A stretch of 64,000 nucleotides of DNA, from NCBI GenBank assembly GCA_032718475.1, contig JAUCBJ010002429.1, positions 1 through 64,000 on the forward strand, written 5' to 3'. Positions within the stretch are counted from its first letter, which is position 1, and every line of letters starts with the position of its first letter. Of this stretch, positions 27,260 through 41,000 are shown piece by piece. The position numbers and the translations under genes are program-made. Source of the stretch: Nemertoderma westbladi (lineage: Eukaryota > Animalia > Xenacoelomorpha). Under the pieces are notes generated by a model. The model saw only the letters and a list, made by a program, of their open reading frames with translations. It ran no database searches and had not been told where the DNA came from.

Positions 27260-27760
27260 ATGTACAAAATTTCACATGTAGTATTGGATGTGAAACGGTA
27301 ATATATTGTGTTACATCAACACCCGACCTAAAAGCAAGAATTAGAAATTATAAAAGCAAGATAAGTAAACAATAATCCTATAACTTCAATTGAACGTCAT
27401 TTCTATGAACAGATTGGACACAAATTTGCGGACTTCAAAATTACACCGATTGAGGACGTCAAATTTTAATTGAGAAACAAAAAATATCACACGAGCGAAC
27501 TAAGGAACAGGGCGGGCTTTTGGCAATGTACTCTGCTAACAGTGAAACCATTCGTGTTGAACACCATCAATGAGGCTGTAGTAAATGATTTCTATGTAGA
27601 TTTATTCAACCCGTAGTTAAATCGGTTCGCCTGGGAAACACGAAATAGGAATTCGAGAATTTTTAATTGTGCTTAAATTTTTAATTTAATCATTTTATAA
27701 ATAGTTGGTTTTCAACACTTGAAAAATATATACATATTATTATATCGAAAGCTAGTGATA
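27260..27760 (+). mobile_element. Degraded Penelope-like GIY-YIG C-terminal fragment
   Basis: Frameshifted peptide IERHFYEQIGHKFADFKITPIE...LRNRAGFWQCTLLTVKPFVLN resembles the PLE endonuclease end (HF...H...E.FWI..L.T..P.GLN). Confidence 0.55.
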
Positions 27761-28805
27761 AAGTAATATGAATTTTTCTGAAGTCGATCTAGGTTTATTT
27801 AAAGTAATATTTTATTTATTTATTATTTTATGCTTACAAATATGATATTATCTACATAATATTTGTAAATTATATATATGTTAAATTAAATTGCCATTTA
27901 ATAAAATAGTCATTTCACCCTTCGGGTCAAATTGGCTTTAATTGGCCACATTGGCCCCAGGTAGGGTTGAAAACCAGTTTCCAGCTAGGTTTAGGGTTGA
28001 AGACACTTTTTGTCTACAGTAGCGTTTCGACAGACCTAACATTTGGTGGTAAGTGAGCCGTTTTTGGTGGAAAGTGAGTTTATTTGGTGCAAAAAGGTAT
28101 CTAATTAGGTGTGCAAATAATTTGTTGCGTAATATTATGTTGATGCACCACCCTGAAAAGTGTGCTTTTTGACCCAGGAAGTAAATAGTGTAATACTGTG
28201 GATGTAATACTGTAGATTACAGTAGAGGCGAAAAGTAAATTTTGCGCCGTATGTCTATATAGTTTGAAACCCATATAGGCGGCGTACTTGGCTCCAACCA
28301 TACTTGGTTTCAAGTGGTTAATGGTTAATCAATATTTGCCTACATCCCATAAAATTTAATTGAGAGATTATTTATGAATTGATGACAAGCAAAGCAATGA
28401 TAAAAAGTGCAAAAAAGGTTACTGATCCACTGATCCAAAGCATTTTTGGTAGTAGGCCAATAATTAATTATTGCGCCTTATTATTTTAATAGCTGTAGTG
28501 ATAGGCTGCAAGGACAGTATAGAGAGGGATGGGACGGTGACATGTGGCTGGCCGCGTATTGATTTATATATTCAGCAGTTTAACCAAGTGGAAACCCCCG
28601 CATCTAATACGGGTCGCATGTGGCGATAGCGATGTACATCGTGTTGCTAGCAGTGTCTCCATATTAACGAAACCCTTATACCACATTCATATACATTGAT
28701 CGCATAAAACTCCATTCAAAGTGGTTTAAAACAATATTTTTTTTTGTTTTCTGTTTAGATCTACTAAAATATCTAAATATAGCTTTATTTTTTAGTGATA
28801 ACAGA

Positions 28806-31800
28806 ATGGTACCGCCTGTAATATTTTTAATTGGCCTATGGTTTATTAATTTGTCTCAATGTGGTCATTATTCTGGTTCGTCCAAAGACGCTCTGGGACT
28901 GGCCAATATGGAAGTGGAGTTGGTTAAAATATACAGGTAGGAAGGGATTTACTACAGTCTAGTGATAAAATATACAGGTAGGAAGAGATTTACTACAGTA
29001 TATTGACAAATTTTTTCAAACTGCAAAACATCATATATAATAATACTTTTCTACTATGGTGCTACTACAACTACACGATCGAGCGAGCGAGCACGGCCAG
29101 TGGAAATGAGATCCATCGAGGGTTCCCGATTCTCCATAATTGTCGCAATTTCGTTTCTCATAAGTCCAGTAGGCCCTATCCCTTTCAGGTTGTTCTACTG
29201 TCATACTGTACGTTGTCATACTGTAGCCGGTCGTCCATGTGAACACATAACTTGTGGTGGTTTTCAAAAGTGTAGATCTGGTATGACCTCTTGTTTACTT
29301 CTCTAGCAGTGCCCACTGAATCTTAGTCGGCGTTCACGGGGGGTGGTTGATACAGGTGGTTATTGTACCATAAAGGTCGGTGTTTGTCATGTGTTGTCTC
29401 CAGCTGATATTTAAGTAAGTAGTATTGGGATGTAGTCTTGGGTTAACAACCATTCCGGAATCTGTGGAAAATCCCGCATTATGGTGGTGAACAGGCATTC
29501 CTTTAGGAAACGTAGTGGAAGGGTTTATTGTGGAAGATGTGAGAGTGCAGAGAGAGTGCGAATGCAATTCAAGTGTGTGGGAGGAATAAGAGGCTGAGTG
29601 AGGGACGGGGAAGTCCGAGAGTTGGAGCGGTAGTGAGGAGAAGTAGAGGAGAGTCAGGGTGAGAACAGAGTAGAGTTAAAGTGGCGAAGTGTTGGGGAAA
29701 CAAAAGTCGTGTGAGGAGCGCACGATCGGCCCGACATGGGACGCCAGGCGAAACGGGTAGCGATATCATACCCATAGGGAGCGGCCTGGAAAGCCGGCTC
29801 CGAAAGAAAATAGTTTCACCCCACACCCGATAATAGATCGGGATCCAGCGGAAATGTAGCGCACTTTAAGGTGGATGCTATCTTCTCACCGGGAAGATAG
29901 CATGGGGGGGGGAGTGTTAGCTTATTCAATTCCGCTAACACAAACCCATAAAGTCAACCGTTAAGCAATATTGGGGGCCACGAGATTGGGTAACCAATAA
30001 CTCGTGTCACCCCAACAAAGTGGGAAGGAGAAACACACAATAAGGGTCAGGGACCAAACCCCTAACAGAGGGAGAATAGCTGGAGTGAACGGGAACACTC
30101 CAAAGGGCGCCAACAGGGACATTAGCCAATCAGGGGGGGAAGCATCGGCTAGGTACTGTAGCAAGGCCAAACCGTGCAATATATCATTAGGTACCAGCAA
30201 TTAGTTATTCAGTTATCTCAGTGTGTTATTGGTGTTAGTTAGGTTAGTTTAGCTAGGGAAGTACCGGGACTTCAATCACCGTATCCCGCCTTCCATATAC
30301 CATACATTATTAGCCATTCATTATACGTTGAGTCTATCTATATCTATCTATATACCCGAACATTATATACGACGAACAACGCAAACTCTTTTTACCTTCA
30401 CACACACGGCGGGGACGCGTAGATCGACAAACCGGATAAATCGGGATCCTTCGTGGATCCCGTCACATTTACCAAGTTCGGTTTAATTTCTTCAACCAAA
30501 CTACATGTGTACCAAGTTCTGTTTAATTTCTTCAACCAAACTAAATGTGTACCAAGTTCGGTATAATTTCTTCAACCAAACTACATGTGTACCAAGTTCG
30601 GTTTAATTTCTTCAACCAAACTTCATGTGTACCAAGTTCTGTTTAATTTCTTCAACCAAACTAAATGTGTACCAAGTTCGGTATAATTTCTTCAACCAAA
30701 CTACATGTGTACCAAGTTCGGTTTAATTTCTTCAACCAAACTTCATGTGTACCAAGTTCGGTTTAATTTCTTCAACCAAACTACATGTGTACCAAGTTCG
30801 GTTTAATTTCTTCAACCAAACTACATGTGTACCAAGTTCGGTTTAATTTCTTCAACGATTGACTCAGAGCTGTTTTAATATGTCGAGCCGATATGACAAC
30901 CAACTATAGTACTTTAGAACCTCTTATGGATTTAGTAAGGATGTTAAGAACAACACAAACTAGGATAGGGGGTGTCACTTGCCTCACACCATTTGATATA
31001 GAGAACACTGAAGATGCAACGCTATTCCATCGAACTGAACAAACCTGTCCCTGATAGATATACAGTAAACACCCCAGGAAGAATGCTGAGGCCCCTTTCT
31101 TAAGTAACTCCAAGAACAACTTTGTCCCTTCGATGAGATCGAATACTTTGGTTAAGCATCCATATACTGCCGACGAGTATAGTGAATAGTAGCTTATGTC
31201 GTCCGATGCTGTACAAGTACACATTACGTTGGTAGACTTGGGGCAAAACCCAAACTGAAGATCGTCCTAATCTAGCTTGTCCCCCTGAGAAAACCCCCAT
31301 TACTTGCGAAAAAGTCTTAATCCTTACAAGTTATTGTGTCGTCGCTTAAGGAATTAATTTGCTGCAGTTTTTAATTAACGTTTTAGTTTCATTTCGTTAT
31401 TTACTTACTTACATTCCAAAAATTTTGTTATTTGTGATATATTTTGTTAAAATGAAAGAAATTTGCATTATCAAATAATATAACATATATAGGCCTACTG
31501 TAATATATTATTTAATATTTTAATTTTCCCAGGAAATATATACATTACATGAATGTTGGCGTTAACAATTCTCCAGGAAGTAGTAACAGTCCACAAGTGC
31601 AATATGGTCTATCTGGAAATTCCTGGTAAGTTTTACTCAATAGATAAACTACTAGCTGTACTTCCTACAAAATTTTACTTTCCAAAAACCTACAGAACTT
31701 CCATAAAAAATATAATTTTTATACTCAAACATTGAGTTCAAGAGTTGTTCCTTGTAAGTTTGGGAATACGTGTGCCAGAAACGCTGGTTCCTTGTAAGGT

Positions 31801-34800
31801 TTGGAATACGTGTGCCAGAAACGCTGGTTCCTTGTAAGTTTGGGAATCGTGTGCCAGAAACGCTGGTTCCTTGTAAGGTTTGGAATACGTGTGCCAGAAA
31901 CGCTGGTTCCTTGTAAGGTTGGGAATACGTGTGCCAGAGATGCTGGTTCCCTGTAAGGTTGGGAATACGTGAGCCAGAAACGCTGGTTCCTTGTAAGGTT
32001 TGGAATACGTGAGCCAGAAACGCTGGTTCCTTGTAAGGTTTGGAATACGTGTGCCAGAAACGCTGGTTCCTTGTAAGGTTGGGAATACGTGTGCCAGAAA
32101 CGCTGGTTCCTTGTAAGGTTTGGAATACGTGTGCCAGAAACGCTGGTTCCTTGTAAGGTTGGGAATACGTGTGCCAGAGATGCTGGTTCCCTGTAAGGTT
32201 GGGAATACGTGTGCCAGAAACGCTGATAATTTTGTTATTTTTTCGTCATCAGGAAAATCACAGCAGCGGATATCAGTAAAGATCACGAAAGGGCGAAATC
32301 ATACGACGGGGATCTGGCAGACTATTGGAATCATCCAATTAGGTTGCTGCATTTGGTGCGGAGGTTAGCTGAGAAACCATGGCAACAGTTGAGAGAGGCC
32401 GTGAGGGTAAAGAATAATGTAGGTAAGTTATAAAAGCGTGATAGAGCAATAAAAATGTAAAATAATTTAGTATTCTCGAATATTTATTACGTAACCGATA
32501 ATTAGAGCCGCTTAGCTACATAAACCAATATTGGGTTCCGTTTTGGAGTTGGCCCCAACGCCTTGCAGACACTAAAGTTGTAATAACTTTCGAGTGTGTG
32601 AATGGATTTTTCTCAAATTACTTGTTAGCCTTTTCTACGTCAAAGCTCCGTCAACACAAGTAATAAAATTTACGAAATTCAACCAAAAATATTTTATTTT
32701 AATTTTTTCGCTGGGAAAAATGTAAAACATGACGATAGCATATTTTTTCCCGACTTTGGAGTATATTCGAGCAAAAAGTAACAATTTAAGAATAAAATTG
32801 CTATTTAATTACTGTGCTGTATAATTATTTTAGATTTTTTTATGGAATTACCTGAATTTTACCGAAATCAAGTTCCTGGTGCTAAAGAAGTTGAGAAAGC
32901 GGCCTACGTGCTAATGAGAATCAACGAGGTGTACGATATACCGGTTAAACAGCTGTCTGAGGGGACAGTCCTTGGTGAATCAGCTGCTCAAGGACTAACA
33001 GGTAACCAATTCGAGTTCATTTTGTGTAACAAGAATTATTGTATATAGAGATTTTATTTTTTTAATATTCGGTAGATATTTTGTAGATTAGATAATTGAG
33101 AGGGGGTAGCTCAACGCTCAACAGTTTTGGATACGTAAGGGAAAGAAATAAGCAGCGGACGGTCCTGGATTAGGAAGGAAAACCCATAGAATAAAACAGT
33201 ATATCCAGGTTCAATTACTTAGGGCAGAAATAGAACCAAAGTAGGCTTACTCCTTTATGTGAGTGCATTCTGGGCTCTAACTGAAGAGAATACAAAATCT
33301 CTGGATGGCACTTATTCAAGAATGCTACGTCGGGTTCACTTTGTCAAGTACAATGCACACTGTACAATGTACATTACAATATTTAAAATTGGACACGACA
33401 TAACAACTGAGACACCGATTGAGTTCGTGGTACCCGTATGATAAGCTCGCTTACTTTCGTGGCTTGGCCCACATTGGAAGGGTTTCAAATTTGTTACGAT
33501 TTTCCATCCCATACAGTTTCAGTATTGGTTTAGAGTTTGTATAATTGTTTGAGGTCAATTATAATATTGTTGCTGATATTTTAATTATATCGTCAATAAA
33601 CTAAACTAACTAAAACTAAATAATTAAGTTATTAATAATACAAAATTATAATTAAATATACTGTATATATATTTCAGCTAATGATTTATTCCAAGTTGCT
33701 CAAACAGCCCAAGCGAGATTATATTATAACAAAGAGATTGAATGGTTGAAAGAAGGATTAAGGAAACAGATAATGGAGGAAGCTACAATGGAAGAGGCAA
33801 CTATTGATAAAAAAGTCTTGTATGATTTCTTGCAATACAGTTATTTCCAGAACGGTCAGAATAAGGAAGGTGTCTACTATGCAAATCTTCTGCTGGCTAT
33901 AGGTAAAGTTCAAGTAGGCCTAATAGGGAACCAGTAGCCAATACACTGTTAGGTGTGTACTGGGTGCTGGCTATTATAGGTAAAGTTCAAGTAGGCCTAA
34001 TAGCGATACCAGTAGCCAATACAATGTTAGTATATATACGGGGTGGTGGCAATTATAGGCAAAGTTCAAGTAGGCCTAATAGGGAACCAGTAGCCAATAC
34101 ACTGTTGGGTGTATATACGGGGTGCTGGCTATTATAGGTAAAGTTCAAGTAGGCCTAATATTGATACCAGTAGCCAATACACTGTTAGGTGTATATATGG
34201 GGTGCTGGCTATTATAGGTAAAGTTCAAGTAGGCCTAATAGTGATACCAGTAGCCAATACACTGTTAGGTGTATATACTGGGTGCTGGCTATTATAGGTA
34301 AAGTTCAAGTAGGCCTAATAGTGATACCAGTAGCCAATACACTGTTAGGTGTATATATGGGGTGCTGGCTATTATAGGTAAAGTTCAAGTAGGCCTAATA
34401 GTGATACCAGTAGCCAATACACTGTTAGGTGTATATACGGGGTGGTGGCTATTATAGGTAAAGTTCAAGTAGGCCTAATAGTGATACCAGTAGCTAATAG
34501 AGTGATAGTGTAACTGTATGTATGTATATATTCAGGGTTCTTGTTCGCGTTATTTCACATTTTGGTGCCGGGCATATATTAAATTCATAAACTCTATAAT
34601 ATGAATCATACAAATAGTCCCAGGCACTATGTGCAAAAATGTAGAAATTCATAAAATGAAAATTACTGACTTTATGACGGTTTTGTCGGACAACTAATCG
34701 ACAAACCGTCAGATCCCCAAGGTTAAAAAAGGGCTTGAAGTTCCAAGAAACAAGTACAAGTGGCTTCAGGTAGATTTCCTGACTGCCAAGCCTAGGCTAG

Positions 34801-37508
34801 TGCGAAGGGACAACTGCCCGAGCAGTGCTCTGGTCGGTGTAAGTACAAGCATGAAAAGGAGTTGTAGTACGTTTGATAATAGACACTGTAATGTAGGGCG
34901 TGAATTTAGGTTAGAATCATCCTACGAGTCATCCAATCCCAATACGAGAGCTACAGGAACTCTTATACGCCATCGCTTACACCACGGTACGAGCAGCACT
35001 GGATTGATATACAGCGACCCACCTACAACCAGTGGGAATGACTGCCGTATGGACTCCTCAGAGTACAGCATCAGGAGCTCAGATTCCTCAAAGACAAGTG
35101 GTTCAGAATGGAGTAAGAAAGTCCAATCTTTTCGGGTGCGAATAGAGAATGCTTTCACACAGTTCAACAGCGACCTAGATATTGTGGAAAACACGATAAT
35201 CAGAATACAAACAAACCAAAAGGAAAGGGAAGCAGAAAAACAGGCGAAGCGTCATAGGAGGAAGGCAGAATCAGGGAAAGTCCAATCTATGAGGGCTAGA
35301 TTGGATGATGAATACATACCACAACCACATACTAAGATGCTAAAACAAGAAGCAGAGGAAATTGGTATTGGTATACCTATATCTCGGAGATAAACCGAGA
35401 AGATCGATAAATTTGTTACAAATGTAAATCCGACAATGCATACATGGATGCGTGGAAAACAGTGAATAGGTGTTATAGATCGGATAACACAGTCATCAAT
35501 AAGGACTTCACTGAACAACTCAGACTTAAGTAGGAACTGAGCAAACAGCCCATACAAACGATTACCAATTATAAAGAAGTTGAGTCAGGCGAAGTGGAAC
35601 TATAGAAGTATATGAAGTATTGTTATAGTTAGTGAAGTTATATGAAGTTTATTGAAGTATATGAAAATGGAGGTCTCATTATTTCCAATACGTTGGTACA
35701 TACTGACCTGAAAGTACGATTCACACAGGAAAATAGACATTAGATTGCGAAAATGTAGATTTGAGATGCCCAGTTATAGATGTCAACAACAATAGCCCCA
35801 TAATTGGACTGGACACACCAGATCTCCACCTACAAATAGGTGATACAGTTACATCCATGAAACCAGGAGATGCCCTTTACGAGGATGCGACTATCTTTGG
35901 TTGGAACCTCTGCGGTTTTAAAGGAAATACCACTGACACATACCTTCACCCCAAAGGACCAGGTAGATGAAAACAAACATTATATGGGAGTGCTCCATAG
36001 TGAGCGCGGATGAAGGAATATTCCTAGGATCAGAAATAAAACCGCGAGAAATGACAAACTTCCATCTAGAGACACAAGAATTTACAGAAAGTGATGGATG
36101 GATGTAATAAATTCAGTGACATGCCCTCCGCCCCCATTTCTCTACAACCATTCTACTATTACATGAAATTAGAAACATAGATACTAGATTCACCTACCTC
36201 CTTCTTAAACCATATATAATTAATTTTTTCAAAATTAAGTAAGAATATTTCTGAAATATTAACAAAACTAGGCTATATTTGGTATGCACAAATCTTATTA
36301 TTAATAACATTGTAGTAGGCTATAATTGATATGCACAAACCTTATGAATAACATTGTAGTAAGCTATATCAAAATATAAAATAAAATATATAAATTATTA
36401 TTCTGACACTGATTATTATGTATTTACATCATATTTAGAACCCAACAACGAAGTTGTGTTGGGTAACGTCGCCAGAGCTAAACAGAACCCAAATCCCAAA
36501 AACTACACAATATATGAGCCGTATCAGGGTCATAGACTGTACAGAATGGGTTGCCAAGGTCACCCGGACTACAAAGTGGTAAGTTTCAATGCATTTAAAT
36601 AAATAAAAATTATATTAATATTATTAAACATAACGTATATATAAAACACTATTAAATAATAATTAATATATTTATTTTTAGTCTGACGAAGTAAAGCGAT
36701 TCCAAATCTGCCGATACAACAACAAAGGAAACAACCCGAGGTTGTTGTTAAAGCCACTTAAAGAGGAGTTCATACACCCAGAACCGACTCCAATAATTAT
36801 ATACCACGATATGTTAACTGATAGTAACATAGAGATCATTAAAGATATCGTTGCATCCAAGGTAATTTATTTTAATACATTTCATTTGCTTTTTTTTCTT
36901 TCAAATTATAGAAATCAATTATTATTTATTACAATAACAACAGCCCACTTTAAGCTTCGGAGGTCGAAATTCCATCACGGTATAAAGACATCATTTTCCG
37001 GGCTGAATTCAATTATTGCTTAGAAACTATCGACTTCAGAAAACATCGGGAGATTTCCTATTCTGATATTCCTAAACATTCTAATATTTGATGTTGGATT
37101 AAAAATTTTAAACCAGTTTCTAATATTTATTTTATTTTATATCCATTATACTGTTAAAATAATATTGATTTTACCGAATTTCATTTACCCCGTTGGGGAG
37201 TGTATATTATTATATTATTAATAAAATATTAATTAAATGAATTGAAGTAGTTATATCTACATACTGTATACGTATGCAGTTACGTACTAAACAGCACCAA
37301 CTGAAAGAGACCAAAGCCAGAGTGCCAGGCAAGATATGGATGCATTTATCTAACCTAAGTAATTCAAATTAACAATAAGTGCTTAACTAACAGAATAAAA
37401 ACATAAACATATTATATTATATTTCCAGATGAAAACATCACTCTTGGCTGTTCAGTCTGCGTTGAAGTTTGGTGGGGCAGAAGATGTGAAAAGTAGATCT
37501 GGTAAATT
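28806..37508 (+). CDS. P4HA: Prolyl 4-hydroxylase alpha subunit-like gene, copy B (partial; coding exons 28806-28936, 31533-31625, 32253-32422, 32834-33001, 33678-33902, 36439-36578, 36682-36861, 37429-37508)
   Basis: Spliced open frame MVPPVIFLIGLWFINLSQCG...KIYR/KYIHY...W/KITAAD...HPIRLLHLVRRL...D/FFMELP...LTA/NDLFQV...LAIE/PNNEV...DYKV/SDEVKRFQICRY...VASK/MKTSLL...RSGK; GT-AG junctions phase-consistent; 2OG-Fe(II) catalytic exons not found in the window. Confidence 0.9.
30470..30857. repeat. 40-bp minisatellite (~9.5 units)
   Basis: Unit GTGTACCAAGTTCGGTTTAATTTCTTCAACCAAACTACAT. Confidence 0.95.
30904..31224 (-). mobile_element. Degraded LINE RT fragment
   Basis: LTKVFDLI...LF..LL.KG...Y..Q...VRWN...S..F.ISNGVRQ RT motifs. 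Confidence 0.7.
31746..32225. repeat. 40-bp minisatellite (~12 units) in P4HA-B intron 2
   Basis: Unit GGTTCCTTGTAAGGTTTGGAATACGTGTGCCAGAAACGCT; single copy at the matching position of the left arm (~13572-13615). Confidence 0.95.
33890..34500 (+). repeat. ~80-bp tandem repeat (8 units) that reiterates the exon-5 donor of P4HA-B
   Basis: AGGTAAAGTTCAAGTAGGCC at 33901, 33978, 34057 (GC variant), 34136, 34216, 34296, 34376, 34456; only 2 units in the left arm (~7055-7200). Confidence 0.93.
34509..36160 (+). mobile_element. Degraded BEL/Pao-like LTR element remnant in P4HA-B intron 5
   Basis: ...TTTCACA then TTTTGGTGCCGG PBS-like at ~34560; gag-like ORF 34800-35393; IIGLD...TIFGWNLCG matches the end of the BEL protease region. 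Confidence 0.5.
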
Positions 37509-38002
37509 GTAAGTATATATGTTCGAAATTTTACTTGTAGGGAAAAAAGCTATTTATTCTTCATGTAATACGTAATTCTTGTATCACCTCCTCATTGTAC
37601 ACCAGGAAAGGGTGGGGAAGGGGAGGGGGGGGGGGGGGGGGTGGTGGTGGTGGTGGTGTTGTGTGATGCAGAATATAATTCTGAGTCATAAAATGACCTT
37701 TATTTTAAATTTCATCAAACTATATCCTGAGTCATAGCGGTGACCATGTCCAGAGGTCTGTCTGGTCCGAATGTTATATATATCTTGCAAGGATATCAGA
37801 ATGTACTTACTACTCGTTAATGGGCTTTCAGTAGTGCTATGACATTCATTTTGGGCTCATTGGAAACGCAATGGTCGATTTAGTTGGGTTAGAGACATTT
37901 AAGTCCAAATTATTAGTACTTTTGCACTTATGGGTGCATGGCCTAATTCATATTCCAAATCATTGATATAAGTGTTATGAGATATTTATGTAAGAAATAA
38001 TT

Positions 38003-41000
38003 AATAATAATAATAATACTTTCTTTTATTTCCATAACCCAAATATATATATATATATAAATGAGGCAGCACCGTAATGAATTACTTTAGCTGATAATAG
38101 CTGGAAATAAGTGTCAAGTAGGGCTTGCAGGGGCTCGCCTGCCAAGACTACAGTGGAGTTGAACTAATACACAAAATTAGCTAATTAATTAAGTAAACAG
38201 TTGCCGGTAATATATAATTATCATCACAGTCACCCAGACACAATAATTTCGTGACACATCCCGAGGCAGGATAGCGGCACGAAAATAAATGTCAACAAAT
38301 AATGCATCCCTCATTGATCCTTACACACATAATTGGTTTTATGTTATGCCGTCGTATCGATGATATTGGCTGAGGAATTTTTTTTTAATTGAATTGAGAA
38401 ATGATTTGTAGTCCTTTTGTAGTTTAGTTGATTTATCTAAAGAGTTCCAGATTTTTATTAATGATACAATTATACTTGAGAAACCATAATCATTATTTGT
38501 ACTTGGTATTTTAATATTTCCTGTTCTAGAATTAATAATTTGATCGGCAGTAGTGTTTCTAATAGTTTTGTTATTAGTAGTATAATGTGGGTTTCCCTGT
38601 ATTCTAATGTTGTTTGTATGTAGAAGTGGTAGTTGTAATTGTTTGAAAGGGCGTGATAGTTTATTTACATATTTATAAAAAAATTTTAAACCAGTGTACT
38701 CTCTAAGTGAGTATAGATTTGGTAATTTAGCTAAGGTGCGTAGCTGCGTGCCAGTCAGGTCACGTATTTTTTTACTGAAAACTATGCGAAGGCCGTAATT
38801 TTGTTGTTTATCTAGGTTGTATAATAGTTCTTTATATCCATGTTTTTTATGTAGGGGCGCTAGTAAATTACTACAGTAATTGTGATGTGGTAAAACTGTT
38901 GCCTTAAATATATTTAATTTAGTTTTAACAGATAACTGGCCCTTGATTCTCCGCAAACAGGAGTTCGCCAGTCCCATTTTATTAGATATGGATTTAATTT
39001 GGCACTTCCAATTCAATTTATTATCTATATAGACGCCCAAATATTTTATATTTTCAGATTGTGGTATTATGGTATTTTTTGTTGTTAGTTTTATATCGTC
39101 AGTTTCAGGGGAGCGACTGTGCGGGGATAATAGTAAGAATTCTGTCTTGTCCGTATTAAGGTTTAGGTGTAGGTTTGCAAAAGTAGTCTCTAGGTCATTT
39201 ACTTGTTTTTCTAGTGTCGCCGTAGCTATTTTTGGATCAGTATGTGAAAAAAATATCAGAGTGTCATCAGCGTATTGCACAAGATCAAGATCAAAGAAAG
39301 TTTTTAAATTATTTACATATAAAAGGAATAATAGTGGTCCTAACTGCGTTCCTTGAGGTACCCCCCTGTTTATAGTTTCCCATTTTGAATAAGTCTCATT
39401 TATTTTAACACGTTGTGGCCTGTCCCTTAAGAAATTTTCTAGCAGTGTAATGGCGGTCCGATGTAATCCCAGGCATTTTAGTTTTTTAAGCAGAATCGCG
39501 TGGTTTAAAGAATTGAAGGCCTTAGAGAGATCCAAAGCAGCTACAGCCACAAAATTATTTTTATCTACTTGTGCTCTCCATGACTCTGTGGTATAAATAA
39601 TTGCATCAGATGTGGAATAGCCCTTTTGGAAACCAAATTGTTTTTTATTAATCAATTTATGCTTATTTATGTAGATGTATAATTGGTTTATTATTACTTT
39701 TTCGAAAATTTTCTCAAATGTCGATGTTACAGATATTGGGCGGTAATTTTCGGGGTCTAAAATGTCACCTTTTTTATATACAGGAGTTATATCACTTAGT
39801 TTCAGTTTCTGAGGGAAGACTGAAGTGGTTAGACATTTATTGATAATAAGTGTTAATGGAGTAACTATTTGGTATCTAACAAGCTTAATAATTTTAGGTG
39901 GCATACTGGATGGACCATTTGGTTTATTTATATTTATTTTGCTTAGGATATCAAATACTTCCATGTCACTAACGTTGAAAAATGCAAATTCAGGCCTTGA
40001 CTGCATCTGCGATTCTTCATTGTAAGAAGTGGTATTATTAGACCAATCCTTATTGTAGTGCTGGGGAGTATTTGATGTTTTGAGTCCTAGGTTTAAAAAT
40101 ACCCTATTGAAAATCTTAGCGATACTGGATTTAGTGTTGTAAATAATATTGTCCATATCCCTTAAGCGATTAATTTTGGTTTGTGCCTTTTTTTTTATTT
40201 AGAATAGAATTAATTATATTCCACCGCAGTTTTGGATCCTTCGCAGTGCCAAATTTATCCCGCATGTGCTGGTTTTTCATATACTTATTTAGATTATTAT
40301 ATTTGTTACGTGCACTTTTGAAGGCTTTATAATAAAAATCCTGTTTTGTGGATCGCCATTGTTGTAGTTTGTTCATTTTTTCTTTACGTAGTTCTTCAAG
40401 CTCCTTCGTCCACCATGGAGTATTGATCGGCGGTTTTTTGTTCTCGACAATCAATATTCTCCTGAATGGCGCATGGATATCAAGAACGGCCTCCATTTTC
40501 GCTTCCAAATAGTCATAGCAAAAATTTACGTCCGGACTGTGATACAATGGCGACCAATCAATTTTGTTAATGTCCTCAATGAATTTTGATTCCGAAAATT
40601 GTTTGAAGTTTCTAATAGTTTTCCAACTTTTTTCATTATTTTGGTTGTCCAATTTGTAATTTATATTTGTATTTAATATTACAGTTTCGTGATCAGAAAA
40701 ATCGCAAAATAGAGTAGATGTGTTAATTATTGGTAGATTGTTATCTGAGGTGATAATGAGGTCAAGTAAGGAGTTTTTTGTTTTTCCAAAACGAGTCGGT
40801 TCGCTGCTATTAATTAATTTCAGGTCGTATTTAGAAAGCATTTCATGGAGATCCCTTGTTTTAATGTTATTTTTATCAAGAATATCGATATTAAAGTCAC
40901 CTCCCATTATAATCTCGGTCGATGGATTGTTAATAGCATTCTCGATTTCCTCACTGAAATCTGTTATGAAATTCTTTGAGTTGGGTGGGTTATAAGTAAC

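Larger units (their letters stand above)
28084..37340 (+). repeat. Right arm of the inverted segmental duplication
   Basis: Reverse complement of ~1760-18445 apart from arm-specific insertions and expansions. Confidence 0.95.

Noticed and set aside
29540-30467. Right-arm-specific GC-richer insertion with a terminal hairpin (CGGGATCC...GGATCCCG) and TG...CA-like ends
   Set aside because: Probably a transposon fragment, but no coding motif, TSD or second copy was found to classify it
37509-38003. Further P4HA-B catalytic exons
   Set aside because: No LQVxNY, HxD or GNRIAT-like motifs were recognised here or elsewhere in the window
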